Shown here one piece after another: positions 50,783-59,392 of a stretch of DNA of 64,000 nt. Position 1 is the stretch's first letter, and the number at the start of each line of letters is the position of its first letter. The notes under the pieces are model-generated. The model did not search any database. It saw nothing but the letters and a program-made list of their open reading frames with translations, and was not told the origin of the DNA. Position numbers and translations under genes: made by a program. This DNA comes from Acidobacteriota bacterium (GTDB lineage: Bacteria; Acidobacteriota; UBA6911; RPQK01; JAJDTT01): the NCBI GenBank assembly GCA_965263035.1, contig OZ253580.1:1344001-1408000 (forward strand). The letters are read 5' to 3'.

Positions 50783-51841
50783 ATGGAATCGAGAGTTTTT
50801 TCGGCCGACGAGTTGAGGGATCTGGCCCGGCGAATCTTCGCCGCCGCCGGCTCCAACGAGCGGGAGGCGCTCAACATCGCCACCCGCCTGGTGAAAAGCA
50901 ACCTGGTCGGACACGACTCCCACGGGGTCATTCGGATCCCGCGCTACTGGGAGTGGATCAAGAAGGGCCTGGTCCTGTCCAACCGGAAAGTGACGTTCGC
51001 GTTGGACCGGGGTCCGATTGCGGTGCTCGACGGAAACAGCGGCTTTGGACAGTCGACCGGAGAGCAGACCATGGAAATCGCCGTCGACCGGGCCCGGCGT
51101 CACGGTTGCAGCATGGTGGGACTCCGAAACACGGGACACCTGGGGCGGATCGGCGATTGGCCCGAGATGGCGACCGCCGCGGGAATGCTCAGCCTGCACT
51201 TCGTGAACACCAGCGGAATGGGCAATCTGGTGGCGCCCTACGGCGGCAAGGACCGGCGCCTCTCCGCCAATCCCATCGCCTTCGGCGTTCCTCAGCGAGA
51301 GGGCCCTCCCCTGATCATGGACATGTCCGCCTGCATGATCGCCGAGGGGAAGGTCCGGGTGGCTCTCCACCAAGGCGTGCGAGTCCCCGACGGGTGCCTC
51401 ATCGACTCGGAGGGCCGTCCCACCAACGATCCCGAACTCTTCTACCGGCATCCTCCCGGTTCCATACTCCCCATTGCGGGACACAAGGGCTACATCCTGA
51501 GCTTCATGATCGAAATACTGGCGGGAGCCCTCACCGGCGGATCGTGCACCAATCCCGCCAACGCCCACCGGCTGGCCAACGGAATGTTCACCATCGTTAT
51601 CGACCGGAGCTGGTTCGCGGACCGTGACGAGTTCTTCGACGAGGTCGACCGGTACGTCCGGTACGTGAAGAGTGCCCGCACCATCGATCCCGACGGTGAG
51701 ATCCTCGTCCCCGGCGAGTTGGAGGTGCGCACGTCGGAGCGGAGAACGCGGGAAGGGATTCCGCTGGCCGGGACCACCATCGGGCAGATCCTCCAGGTCT
51801 GCGAAGAGTTGAATATCGACTCGGGATGGGAAACCGGCTGA
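50783..51841 (+). CDS. Ldh_2 family malate/lactate/ureidoglycolate dehydrogenase (HcxB/YbiC-like)
   Basis: GHDSHGVIRIPRY, GHLGRIG, ANPIAF, AEGKVRVA, HKGY, VPGE. Confidence 0.9.
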   Translation: MESRVFSADELRDLARRIFAAAGSNEREALNIATRLVKSNLVGHDSHGVIRIPRYWEWIKKGLVLSNRKVTFALDRGPIAVLDGNSGFGQSTGEQTMEIAVDRARRHGCSMVGLRNTGHLGRIGDWPEMATAAGMLSLHFVNTSGMGNLVAPYGGKDRRLSANPIAFGVPQREGPPLIMDMSACMIAEGKVRVALHQGVRVPDGCLIDSEGRPTNDPELFYRHPPGSILPIAGHKGYILSFMIEILAGALTGGSCTNPANAHRLANGMFTIVIDRSWFADRDEFFDEVDRYVRYVKSARTIDPDGEILVPGELEVRTSERRTREGIPLAGTTIGQILQVCEELNIDSGWETG

Positions 51842-51880
51842 CCGGACCGGTTCCTTCCTGTCCGCTCCGGTAGATTCGCC

Positions 51881-52801
51881 ATGGGCCTGATGGATTGGAT
51901 CAAGGCAGCCGACTACGAAGCGGCCCTGCCCACCATTTCGAAGCTGCCCCGCACTCTGGCCTACGGCTTGGCCGATTTGCGGGGAAGATTGCTGACCTAC
52001 ACGCGCCGGGACTCCTTTGCCTGGGCCTCGCGCAACGTCGAGTCCGTTTTTCCCCACTTCGATGCGGGTGAGCGCCGGCGGATCGTCATCGGCCACTACC
52101 AGGTCGAATCCCGCGACACGATGGAGGCGTTTTGGTATTCCAAGCCGCTGAGCCATCTCCAATCCTTCGTTCGTTGCACCGGGCTGGACACCCTCCGGGA
52201 AGCCGCATCCTCCGGGAACGGCGTTCTCCTTTTTTCCAGCCACATGGGGAGTACCGGCCTCTTCCTCGTCTTCGCCGGCAAGAGCGGAGTCCCCATGAAC
52301 ATCGTCGCACGGTCCATCGAGCCCGAAGACAATCCCCTGCACCCCGCGCTGCTCCGCTACAGCAGGAAGCGGGTCCGTTGGATCGAAACGGCCATCGGGC
52401 ATCCCCTTCTCATAACCGGACGCGGGAACTACTCCCGGCTGGTGGAGAAGCTTCGAGCCGGCGGGGTCATCATGATGCTGATCGATGTCTTGCCCAACCT
52501 GGTCAACCCGAAATACACGACGGAGGTCACGTTCTTCGGCCGGCGGGCCTGGTTCCCCAACGGCATCGCCAGCCTCTTCTTCACCACCGGATCCCGCCTT
52601 TTTCACTGGAGGATCCACAGAAACCAGAAGACGGGATACCAGGAGATCGAGATCTCCGAATTGACCGATTCTTTTCGGCCGGCCGCCGACCGGGCGCAAT
52701 TCATGCAAAAGCTGGTGGGACTGCTGGAACAGGACATTCGCCGGTACCCCGATCACTGGCTGAGCTGGGACTCGTTGAGGCACTACTACCGGAAACCGTA
52801 A
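51881..52801 (+). CDS. Lipid A biosynthesis acyltransferase family (LpxL/HtrB-like) protein
   Basis: GLDTL, GVLLFSSHMG, LIDV, VTFFGRRA, LEQDIRRYPDHWLSW. Confidence 0.75.
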   Translation: MGLMDWIKAADYEAALPTISKLPRTLAYGLADLRGRLLTYTRRDSFAWASRNVESVFPHFDAGERRRIVIGHYQVESRDTMEAFWYSKPLSHLQSFVRCTGLDTLREAASSGNGVLLFSSHMGSTGLFLVFAGKSGVPMNIVARSIEPEDNPLHPALLRYSRKRVRWIETAIGHPLLITGRGNYSRLVEKLRAGGVIMMLIDVLPNLVNPKYTTEVTFFGRRAWFPNGIASLFFTTGSRLFHWRIHRNQKTGYQEIEISELTDSFRPAADRAQFMQKLVGLLEQDIRRYPDHWLSWDSLRHYYRKP

Positions 52802-52936
52802 CGCCAGGAGTCCAATGCGCCGTCCCCGGCTCCATTTCGGGTGTCCCCTTCGACCCGTCTCCCGCGCTTTCCGGAACGAATCGTCCGGCCGGTCCGTATT
52901 TGCTGAGAGACCGGTTCATTGACGGAAAGAGGCACG

Positions 52937-53368
52937 ATGACTCGATGGATGGCCCTGGACGTAGGCTCCAAGCGATGCGGGGTTGCCGTGACCGATCCGC
53001 TGAAGCTGACGGCGCGTCCACTGCTCACCTTCGAACGGGAGAGCCTGAAGGGGGACGTCGAGAGGCTCATCGGACTCATGCGGGAATACCGGGTGGAGAG
53101 ACTGATCGTGGGGCAACCCCGGCATCTCAGTGGCCGGCCCAGCCCCATCGAACAGGCCGTCATTCCCCTGGTGTCCCGATTGCGTGGACAGGCGATGGTT
53201 CGAGTAGAGTGGATGGACGAACGCCTGTCGACCAAGGAGGCCGAATCGGTCATGCGGGAGCTGGGAATCCCTGAGCACCTGCGGCGACAGAAGAAGGACG
53301 AGTTCGCGGCGGCAGTGATTCTGAAATGGTATCTGGAGGAGAGGGGATCTCCCGGATTCCCCGGGTGA
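52937..53368 (+). CDS. ruvX: Pre-16S rRNA nuclease / Holliday junction resolvase-like protein
   Basis: ALDVGSKRCGVAVTD, VGQP, DERLST, DEFAAAVIL; upstream of mltG. Confidence 0.93.
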   Translation: MTRWMALDVGSKRCGVAVTDPLKLTARPLLTFERESLKGDVERLIGLMREYRVERLIVGQPRHLSGRPSPIEQAVIPLVSRLRGQAMVRVEWMDERLSTKEAESVMRELGIPEHLRRQKKDEFAAAVILKWYLEERGSPGFPG

Positions 53369-54363
53369 TTCGCGGACTGACGATCGCGATCCTGATTCTG
53401 GCGGGGAGCGCTCTGGCCGCGGTCAACTGGTGGGAGTCTCGCGTCAGTGAACCTCATCTGGGGCGTTCGACGAAAAACCGGCTTCTGACCGTTCCCTTCG
53501 GGTCGTCGGTGAGAAGCATCGGCCAACTGCTCCAGGGCTCGGACATCATTCGGTCCGACCTCATATTTGCAGCCTATGTCCGCATCAGCGGTCCCGATCC
53601 GCTCCAGGCTGGAGAATACCTTTTCGAGAATCCCATCAGCCTGACCCAAGTGGTGCAGATACTGAGGGAGGGCCGGGTTCACCACTACCGCATCACGATC
53701 CCTGAAGGATTGACCATGGATGAGGTCATCGGCCGTTTCGTCCAGGAGGGATTGGGACAACAGCACGAGTTGGAGCCTCTGACCGGGCGTACGGACCTGC
53801 TGGGCGGCCTGGACCCGGAGGCCACGGACCTGGAGGGCTATCTCTTCCCCGACACCTACTATTTCACTCGGTCGGACCAGGAGTTGACGTTGGTCTCCAC
53901 ACTGGTGACCCGTTTCAGGGAGGTCTGGAACTCCCCGCGGCAGAAGCGCACCGAAGACCTGGGTCTCACCGTTCGGGAGGTGGTGACACTCGCCTCGCTG
54001 ATCGAGAAGGAGACGGCTCTCCCTTCGGAGCGGCCTCTGATCTCCGCCGTTTTTCACAACCGGCTCCGGCGAAACATCAAGTTGGATTGCGACCCCACCG
54101 TCATTTACGCCATCCGCAAGACCGGTGAATACGACGGCGTGCTACACCAGAGCGATCTGGCCCTGGACTCTCCCTACAACACCTATCTCTACGCGGGCCT
54201 CCCTCCCGGCCCCATCGCCAACCCCGGGACCGCTTCCATCGATGCGGCACTGAGTCCGGCGCCGGTCAGGCACCTCTACTTCGTATCCAAGAACGACGGC
54301 AGCCACGTCTTCTCCACCAGCTACCGGGAACACCGGCGGGCCGTACGCCGGTACCAGCGCTGA
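53326..54363 (+). CDS. mltG: Endolytic transglycosylase
   Basis: LQAGEY, TIPEG, LEGYLFPDTY, LASLIEKE, SPYNTY, GLPPGPIANPG. Start may be 53365. Confidence 0.95.
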   Translation: MVSGGEGISRIPRVIRGLTIAILILAGSALAAVNWWESRVSEPHLGRSTKNRLLTVPFGSSVRSIGQLLQGSDIIRSDLIFAAYVRISGPDPLQAGEYLFENPISLTQVVQILREGRVHHYRITIPEGLTMDEVIGRFVQEGLGQQHELEPLTGRTDLLGGLDPEATDLEGYLFPDTYYFTRSDQELTLVSTLVTRFREVWNSPRQKRTEDLGLTVREVVTLASLIEKETALPSERPLISAVFHNRLRRNIKLDCDPTVIYAIRKTGEYDGVLHQSDLALDSPYNTYLYAGLPPGPIANPGTASIDAALSPAPVRHLYFVSKNDGSHVFSTSYREHRRAVRRYQR

Positions 54364-54450
54364 TTCGCATCTCGGAAAACCGAATCACGGCCTCCAATTG
54401 GTTCAGCAGTGCGCCCCGGGCTGATAGACTGTGAGCCGGGAACAGCCGGT

Positions 54451-55017
54451 ATGGGACGTAAGCTGGTCTGGACGTCATTGACCCTCTTGGCTCTGGCCGC
54501 GGCGCAGATTGATGCGCAAAAGAGATTCGAACCTCCGATGCGCCTGGGCGTCCCGTTTCCGGCGGCGTGGAAGGCCATGCTGGAAGTCCTGCAAGGCCAG
54601 AAATGGAACCTGGTCAAGAAGGACAGGGGAAGGGGCGAGATCCTGACCGGCTACCGGGAATACATGTCGGGTCCCTTGACGGCAAAACATCTCGACAAGA
54701 TCGGAGTCCGGCCCCGGCTGCCCGACGGGGAGTGGGTTCGGGTCCGCTACCGTTACGATCTGTCGGTCAGTCTGATCCGTGAACGTCAGACGGTGGTTAC
54801 CGTCGACAGCGACATCCAGGCGCTCAAACGCGATTTTCTGGGACGGGAGGAGTGGGTCGAGATCGATTCCACCGGGCGGTTGGAAAAACAGTTGCTGACC
54901 GCATTCGGGCAAGCCCTCTACGGGGCCGACTTCTCCCTGGACAAGCGCCGCAAGGGTTTTCTGGGACTGCCCCCCATTGGGGAAGGCCCCACTCCTGCGA
55001 AGCCGCCGGGCAATTGA
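54451..55017 (+). CDS. Hypothetical exported protein
   Basis: Signal peptide MGRKLVWTSLTLLALAAA; co-oriented with neighbours; no recognised family. Confidence 0.6.
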   Translation: MGRKLVWTSLTLLALAAAQIDAQKRFEPPMRLGVPFPAAWKAMLEVLQGQKWNLVKKDRGRGEILTGYREYMSGPLTAKHLDKIGVRPRLPDGEWVRVRYRYDLSVSLIRERQTVVTVDSDIQALKRDFLGREEWVEIDSTGRLEKQLLTAFGQALYGADFSLDKRRKGFLGLPPIGEGPTPAKPPGN

Positions 55018-55159
55018 GAGGAGAGAGACGGCAGACGCCGGGGCGGCCTTGTGAACGCCCGTTAGCGCCGGCAACCGGTCATCCGCCGGCAAACCCGTTC
55101 ATCGCGATACCGCGGCGAACGGACGGCTCGAAGACTTTCCCACGGACTTCTGAATTCCA

Positions 55160-55828
55160 ATGGATCATCCCGTCCTTCGAATCGTAGATTTTCCCGTCCA
55201 GGTCGGCCTCTGGGTCTTTCTCGTCTCTTTTCTGGTTTTCCTGCTGGTGGTCCGAGCTCGCATCCGCGCGCGGAAATTCAGTCTCAAGGATTACTTCAGG
55301 GAGGAGTTCGATCGATACTACCGAGAGAAACTCGAGGAGACCTCCAGCAGGACGCGCCGAAAAGAATCCTGGACCGCCACCCTGAACGAGTACCGCATCG
55401 TCTTCCAGATCATGCTGCTTTCCATCCTGTTGGCCGTCGGGTCCTTCGTGGGCGTGAGCTTCGTGCCCATGCCCTATCTCCAGAACTGGACGGGGGTCGA
55501 GTCCGTCGAAACGGAGCCCCTGAGAATGGTCGCTCTCTCCTATGATCGATTCTATACGGGATTCTCCCTCAAGGGGGAGATCTGGAATCAGGGGCAGATT
55601 CCTCTGCAGGGACTCTCGGCGCGCGTCAGGATCTGGGGACGGGATGACATGCCGCTGGAAGAAATCCTGGCCCAGATCGAGCCGGCCGTGCTGAATCCCG
55701 AGTCTTCGGGCAGTTTCGGCATGAAATACTCGCAGAAGTCCCCTTCCCTGCTCTACGGCTACGAGGTGGCATTCGTCGATTCCGAAGGTGTCGAGACGCC
55801 GCACATCCGGGGATTCGATGCCCCCTGA
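55160..55828 (+). CDS. Hypothetical membrane protein
   Basis: Two hydrophobic segments and an Ig-like C-terminal region; overlaps the start of the ABC gene. Confidence 0.6.
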   Translation: MDHPVLRIVDFPVQVGLWVFLVSFLVFLLVVRARIRARKFSLKDYFREEFDRYYREKLEETSSRTRRKESWTATLNEYRIVFQIMLLSILLAVGSFVGVSFVPMPYLQNWTGVESVETEPLRMVALSYDRFYTGFSLKGEIWNQGQIPLQGLSARVRIWGRDDMPLEEILAQIEPAVLNPESSGSFGMKYSQKSPSLLYGYEVAFVDSEGVETPHIRGFDAP

Positions 55829-57581
55829 GCCAGCCGGAGCCGATCGAGAGTGGGCTTTGGCCACCTTGATCCCCTACCTGAGGCAGTACCGCGCCCGTAT
55901 CGCCGTCGGCGTGGCGATGGTCCTCATGACCAACGTGGCCGTGGTCATCACGCCCAAGGTCCTGGGATCGGCCGTCGACGATCTCTTCAGCGGAGGTGAC
56001 ACCCGACTCGTGCTCGGCTACGCCGCCCTGGTGTTGGCCCTGAGCTGCGCCGAAGGCCTCTTCCGCTACCTGATGCGGTGGATCCTCATCGGCGTCTCGC
56101 GCCGGATCGAATTCGACCTGCGCAACGACCTCTTCCGGCACCTGCAGCGACTGACGCCCTCCTTCTACCAGCGGCATTCCACGGGAGACGTGATGGCGCG
56201 ATCCACCAACGACCTGAGCGCCGTTCGAATGGTGCTGGGACCGGGCATCATGTACTCGGTCAACACCCTGTTCATGGTCATCCTTACCGTCCCCATACTG
56301 ATTCGGACCGATGCCGGCTTGGCTCTTCTCACCTTGGCTCCCCTCCTGCTCGTCTCCTACTGCGTCAAGTTCTTCGGCAGGAAGATCCACCAGAGATTCG
56401 AGAAGATCCAGGAACAGTTCTCGATGCTCACGACGCTGGTTCAAGAGAACGTCTCGGGGATTCGAGTCGTCAAGGCCTACAATCAGGAGTCCGCCTTCGT
56501 GAGCCGGTTTCGAGACGCCAACCGGGAATACATGCAGCGAAGCATGGCCCTGGTCAAAGTCTGGGGGATCTTTTATCCCCTGCTGGCTTTTCTCCTGGGC
56601 CTCTCGGCCGTCATTCTCCTCTGGTACGGCGGACGGCAGGTCGTGGACGGGGCTCTGTCTCTCGGCGATCTGGTCTCGTTCATTTTCTATCTGGCCCGAC
56701 TGACCTGGCCCACCATCGCCCTGGGATGGGTCATCAACACCTTCGAGCGCGGATCGGCTTCGATGGGAAGAATCAACCGGATCCTGGCGACCCAGCCGGA
56801 CGTGCTGGACGAGGGCCGCCTTCCTGTCGAGGCCATCAAGGGACGCGTGCAGGTCAAGAACCTCACCTTTTCCTACGATGAAACTCCGGTCTTGAAAAAC
56901 CTGGAATTCGAGCTGCCCGCCGGAACCACCCTTGCCATAGTGGGCAGCACCGGCTGTGGAAAATCCACCCTGGTGCAACTGCTCTGCCGCCTCTACCCCG
57001 TGCCTCGGGACCGGATCCTCATCGATGGAACGGACGTCAACGACATTCCCCTGATCCAGCTGCGAAGAAGCATCGGCTGTGTTCCCCAGGACACCTTCCT
57101 CTTTTCCGAATCGATCCGGGACAACCTGACCTTCGGAGTCCCGGAGGCCCCCGACCACCCCATCCGGGAGGCTGCGCACACCAGCAACATCCTGGCTGAG
57201 ATCCAGAGCTTCCCCGACCAGATGTCCACCTTCGTCGGAGAGCGAGGGTTGACTCTTTCAGGTGGCCAGAAACAGCGGATGACCATAGCGAGAGCGCTCC
57301 TGACCGACCCCAAGATCCTGATCTTGGACGACTCCCTGTCCAGCGTGGATACATACACGGAGGAGGAGATATTGAAGCGGCTCGCTCCCATCATCGCGGG
57401 CAGAACCACCATCCTCATCTCCCATCGCATCTCGACGGTCAAGGCGGCAGACCAGATCCTGGTGATGGATCGAGGCCGAATCGTTCAGCGGGGCCGCCAC
57501 CGGGAGTTGCTCCAGGTCGCGGGTCCCTACGCCGAAATGCACCGGAAGCAGTTGCTGGAACAGGAGTTGGGAATCGCATGA
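55818..57581 (+). CDS. ABC exporter, fused permease/ATPase (MdlA/YheI-like)
   Basis: TM domain, GSTGCGKST, GLTLSGGQKQR, LILDD (degenerate Walker B), SHR. Confidence 0.93.
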   Translation: MPPEPAGADREWALATLIPYLRQYRARIAVGVAMVLMTNVAVVITPKVLGSAVDDLFSGGDTRLVLGYAALVLALSCAEGLFRYLMRWILIGVSRRIEFDLRNDLFRHLQRLTPSFYQRHSTGDVMARSTNDLSAVRMVLGPGIMYSVNTLFMVILTVPILIRTDAGLALLTLAPLLLVSYCVKFFGRKIHQRFEKIQEQFSMLTTLVQENVSGIRVVKAYNQESAFVSRFRDANREYMQRSMALVKVWGIFYPLLAFLLGLSAVILLWYGGRQVVDGALSLGDLVSFIFYLARLTWPTIALGWVINTFERGSASMGRINRILATQPDVLDEGRLPVEAIKGRVQVKNLTFSYDETPVLKNLEFELPAGTTLAIVGSTGCGKSTLVQLLCRLYPVPRDRILIDGTDVNDIPLIQLRRSIGCVPQDTFLFSESIRDNLTFGVPEAPDHPIREAAHTSNILAEIQSFPDQMSTFVGERGLTLSGGQKQRMTIARALLTDPKILILDDSLSSVDTYTEEEILKRLAPIIAGRTTILISHRISTVKAADQILVMDRGRIVQRGRHRELLQVAGPYAEMHRKQLLEQELGIA

Positions 57582-59371
57582 TCGAGTACGACCAGGAAGA
57601 GATCCTGGGTCGAGTCTACGACCGGCGATTGGCCCGGAGGATGCTGGGATACCTGGCTCCCTACCGCTGGGTCGTGGGCGCATCGGTAGCGTTGCTTCTG
57701 GTGGTGTCGGCCCTGCAACTGGCGGGTCCGCTCCTGACGCTGATCGCCATCGACCAACACATCAGAATCGGCGACCGGAACGGTCTCACGCTTCTGGCAC
57801 TGCTTTACCTCGGGCTCCTGATTCTGCAATTCGGCTGCTCGTTCGCACAGACGTGGCTGATGAACTGGACCGGACAGCGGGTCATGAACGATCTGAGGGT
57901 CCAGATCTTCAGTCACGTCCAGACCCTGCACGTCGGCTACTTCGACAGGAATCCCGTGGGCCGGCTGATCACCCGCATGACCAACGACGTGGACGTCCTC
58001 AACGAGCTCTTCACGGCCGGCGTCGTGAGCATCTTCGGGGACATCTTCCTGTTGGGCGGCATCGTAACGGTCATGCTCTGGACGGATTGGCAACTGGCCC
58101 TGATCAGCTTGTCGGTCCTGCCCCTCATTTTCCTGGCCACCATGATCTTCAAGATCAAGGTTCGCGGCTCCTATCGATGGGTCCGGGCCTGCGTGGTCAA
58201 GATCAACGCCTTCCTTCAGGAGAACATCACCGGCATGCCGGTGGTCCAGATCTTCGTTCAGGAGGACCGCAAGTTCGACCAGTTCCGGGAACGGAACCGG
58301 GAACACCTACAGGCCAATATTCAATCCATCTTCTACTACGCGGTATTCTATCCCGTGATCAACTTGGTGGGGGCCCTGGCCATCGCCCTGATTCTCTGGT
58401 ACGGAGGGGGCCGCGTGCTGGACGGCGTCCTGACCCTGGGCACGCTGGTGGCCTTCCTTCAGTATTCGGAACGCTTCTTCAAGCCCATCAGCGACCTGAG
58501 CGAAAAGTTCAACATCCTGCAGAGCGCCATGGCCAGTTCGGAGCGGATCTTCAAGCTCCTGGACACACGTGCCGAGGTTCGGCCTCCGTCGGAACCCACA
58601 CCGTTGCCGTCAGGCGGCGGCGCCATCGAGTTTCGCAACGTGTCGTTCGCCTACAAGGAGGACACGCCGGTCCTGCGGAACCTGAGCTTGAGGATCGCCC
58701 CCGGCGAACGAGTGGCCATCGTGGGACCGACCGGTTCGGGAAAAACCACGCTGATCAACCTGATCTGCAGATTTTACGACGTCCAGGAAGGAGACATTCT
58801 CATCGACGGAATCCCCATCGCCGACCTGGACCCCGGGGAATTGAGGCGAAGGATGGCGGTGGTGCTCCAGGACGTCTTTCTCTTCAGCGGCACCATCGAA
58901 GAGAACGTCCGGCTGTGGAGGGCTTCCATCGACCGGCCACGGGTCACGGATGCGGTGCGCCACGTCAACGCCCTGGGCTTCATTCAGGAGAAGCCCAAGG
59001 GACTCGACTCGCCGGTTACGGAAAGGGGCACATCGTTGTCCGTGGGTCAAAGACAGCTACTGGCCTTCGCCCGGGCCCTGGCCCACGATCCCAGAATCCT
59101 GATCCTGGACGAGGCCACTTCGTCGGTCGACACGGAGACCGAGATTCTCATCCAGGACGCCTTGAGCACGCTCATGGAAGGGAGAACCTCCATCGTCATC
59201 GCCCACCGCCTTTCCACCATCCAGAACTGCGACCGTATCGTGGTCCTCCGCCAGGGAAGAATCGAGGAAGAAGGCACCCATCAGGAGTTGCTCAAACTGA
59301 GGGGCCTCTACTACAAGCTTTACCAACTCCAGTATCAGGATGAGGAACGAACCGTGGGGAGTGAGAAGTGA
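57578..59371 (+). CDS. ABC exporter, fused permease/ATPase (MdlB/YheH-like), heterodimer partner
   Basis: GPTGSGKTT, LSVGQRQ, ILDEAT, AHRLST; ATGA overlap with the upstream gene. Confidence 0.93.
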   Translation: MIEYDQEEILGRVYDRRLARRMLGYLAPYRWVVGASVALLLVVSALQLAGPLLTLIAIDQHIRIGDRNGLTLLALLYLGLLILQFGCSFAQTWLMNWTGQRVMNDLRVQIFSHVQTLHVGYFDRNPVGRLITRMTNDVDVLNELFTAGVVSIFGDIFLLGGIVTVMLWTDWQLALISLSVLPLIFLATMIFKIKVRGSYRWVRACVVKINAFLQENITGMPVVQIFVQEDRKFDQFRERNREHLQANIQSIFYYAVFYPVINLVGALAIALILWYGGGRVLDGVLTLGTLVAFLQYSERFFKPISDLSEKFNILQSAMASSERIFKLLDTRAEVRPPSEPTPLPSGGGAIEFRNVSFAYKEDTPVLRNLSLRIAPGERVAIVGPTGSGKTTLINLICRFYDVQEGDILIDGIPIADLDPGELRRRMAVVLQDVFLFSGTIEENVRLWRASIDRPRVTDAVRHVNALGFIQEKPKGLDSPVTERGTSLSVGQRQLLAFARALAHDPRILILDEATSSVDTETEILIQDALSTLMEGRTSIVIAHRLSTIQNCDRIVVLRQGRIEEEGTHQELLKLRGLYYKLYQLQYQDEERTVGSEK

Positions 59372-59392
59372 GATCAGGCCGGAGGGCTAGCT

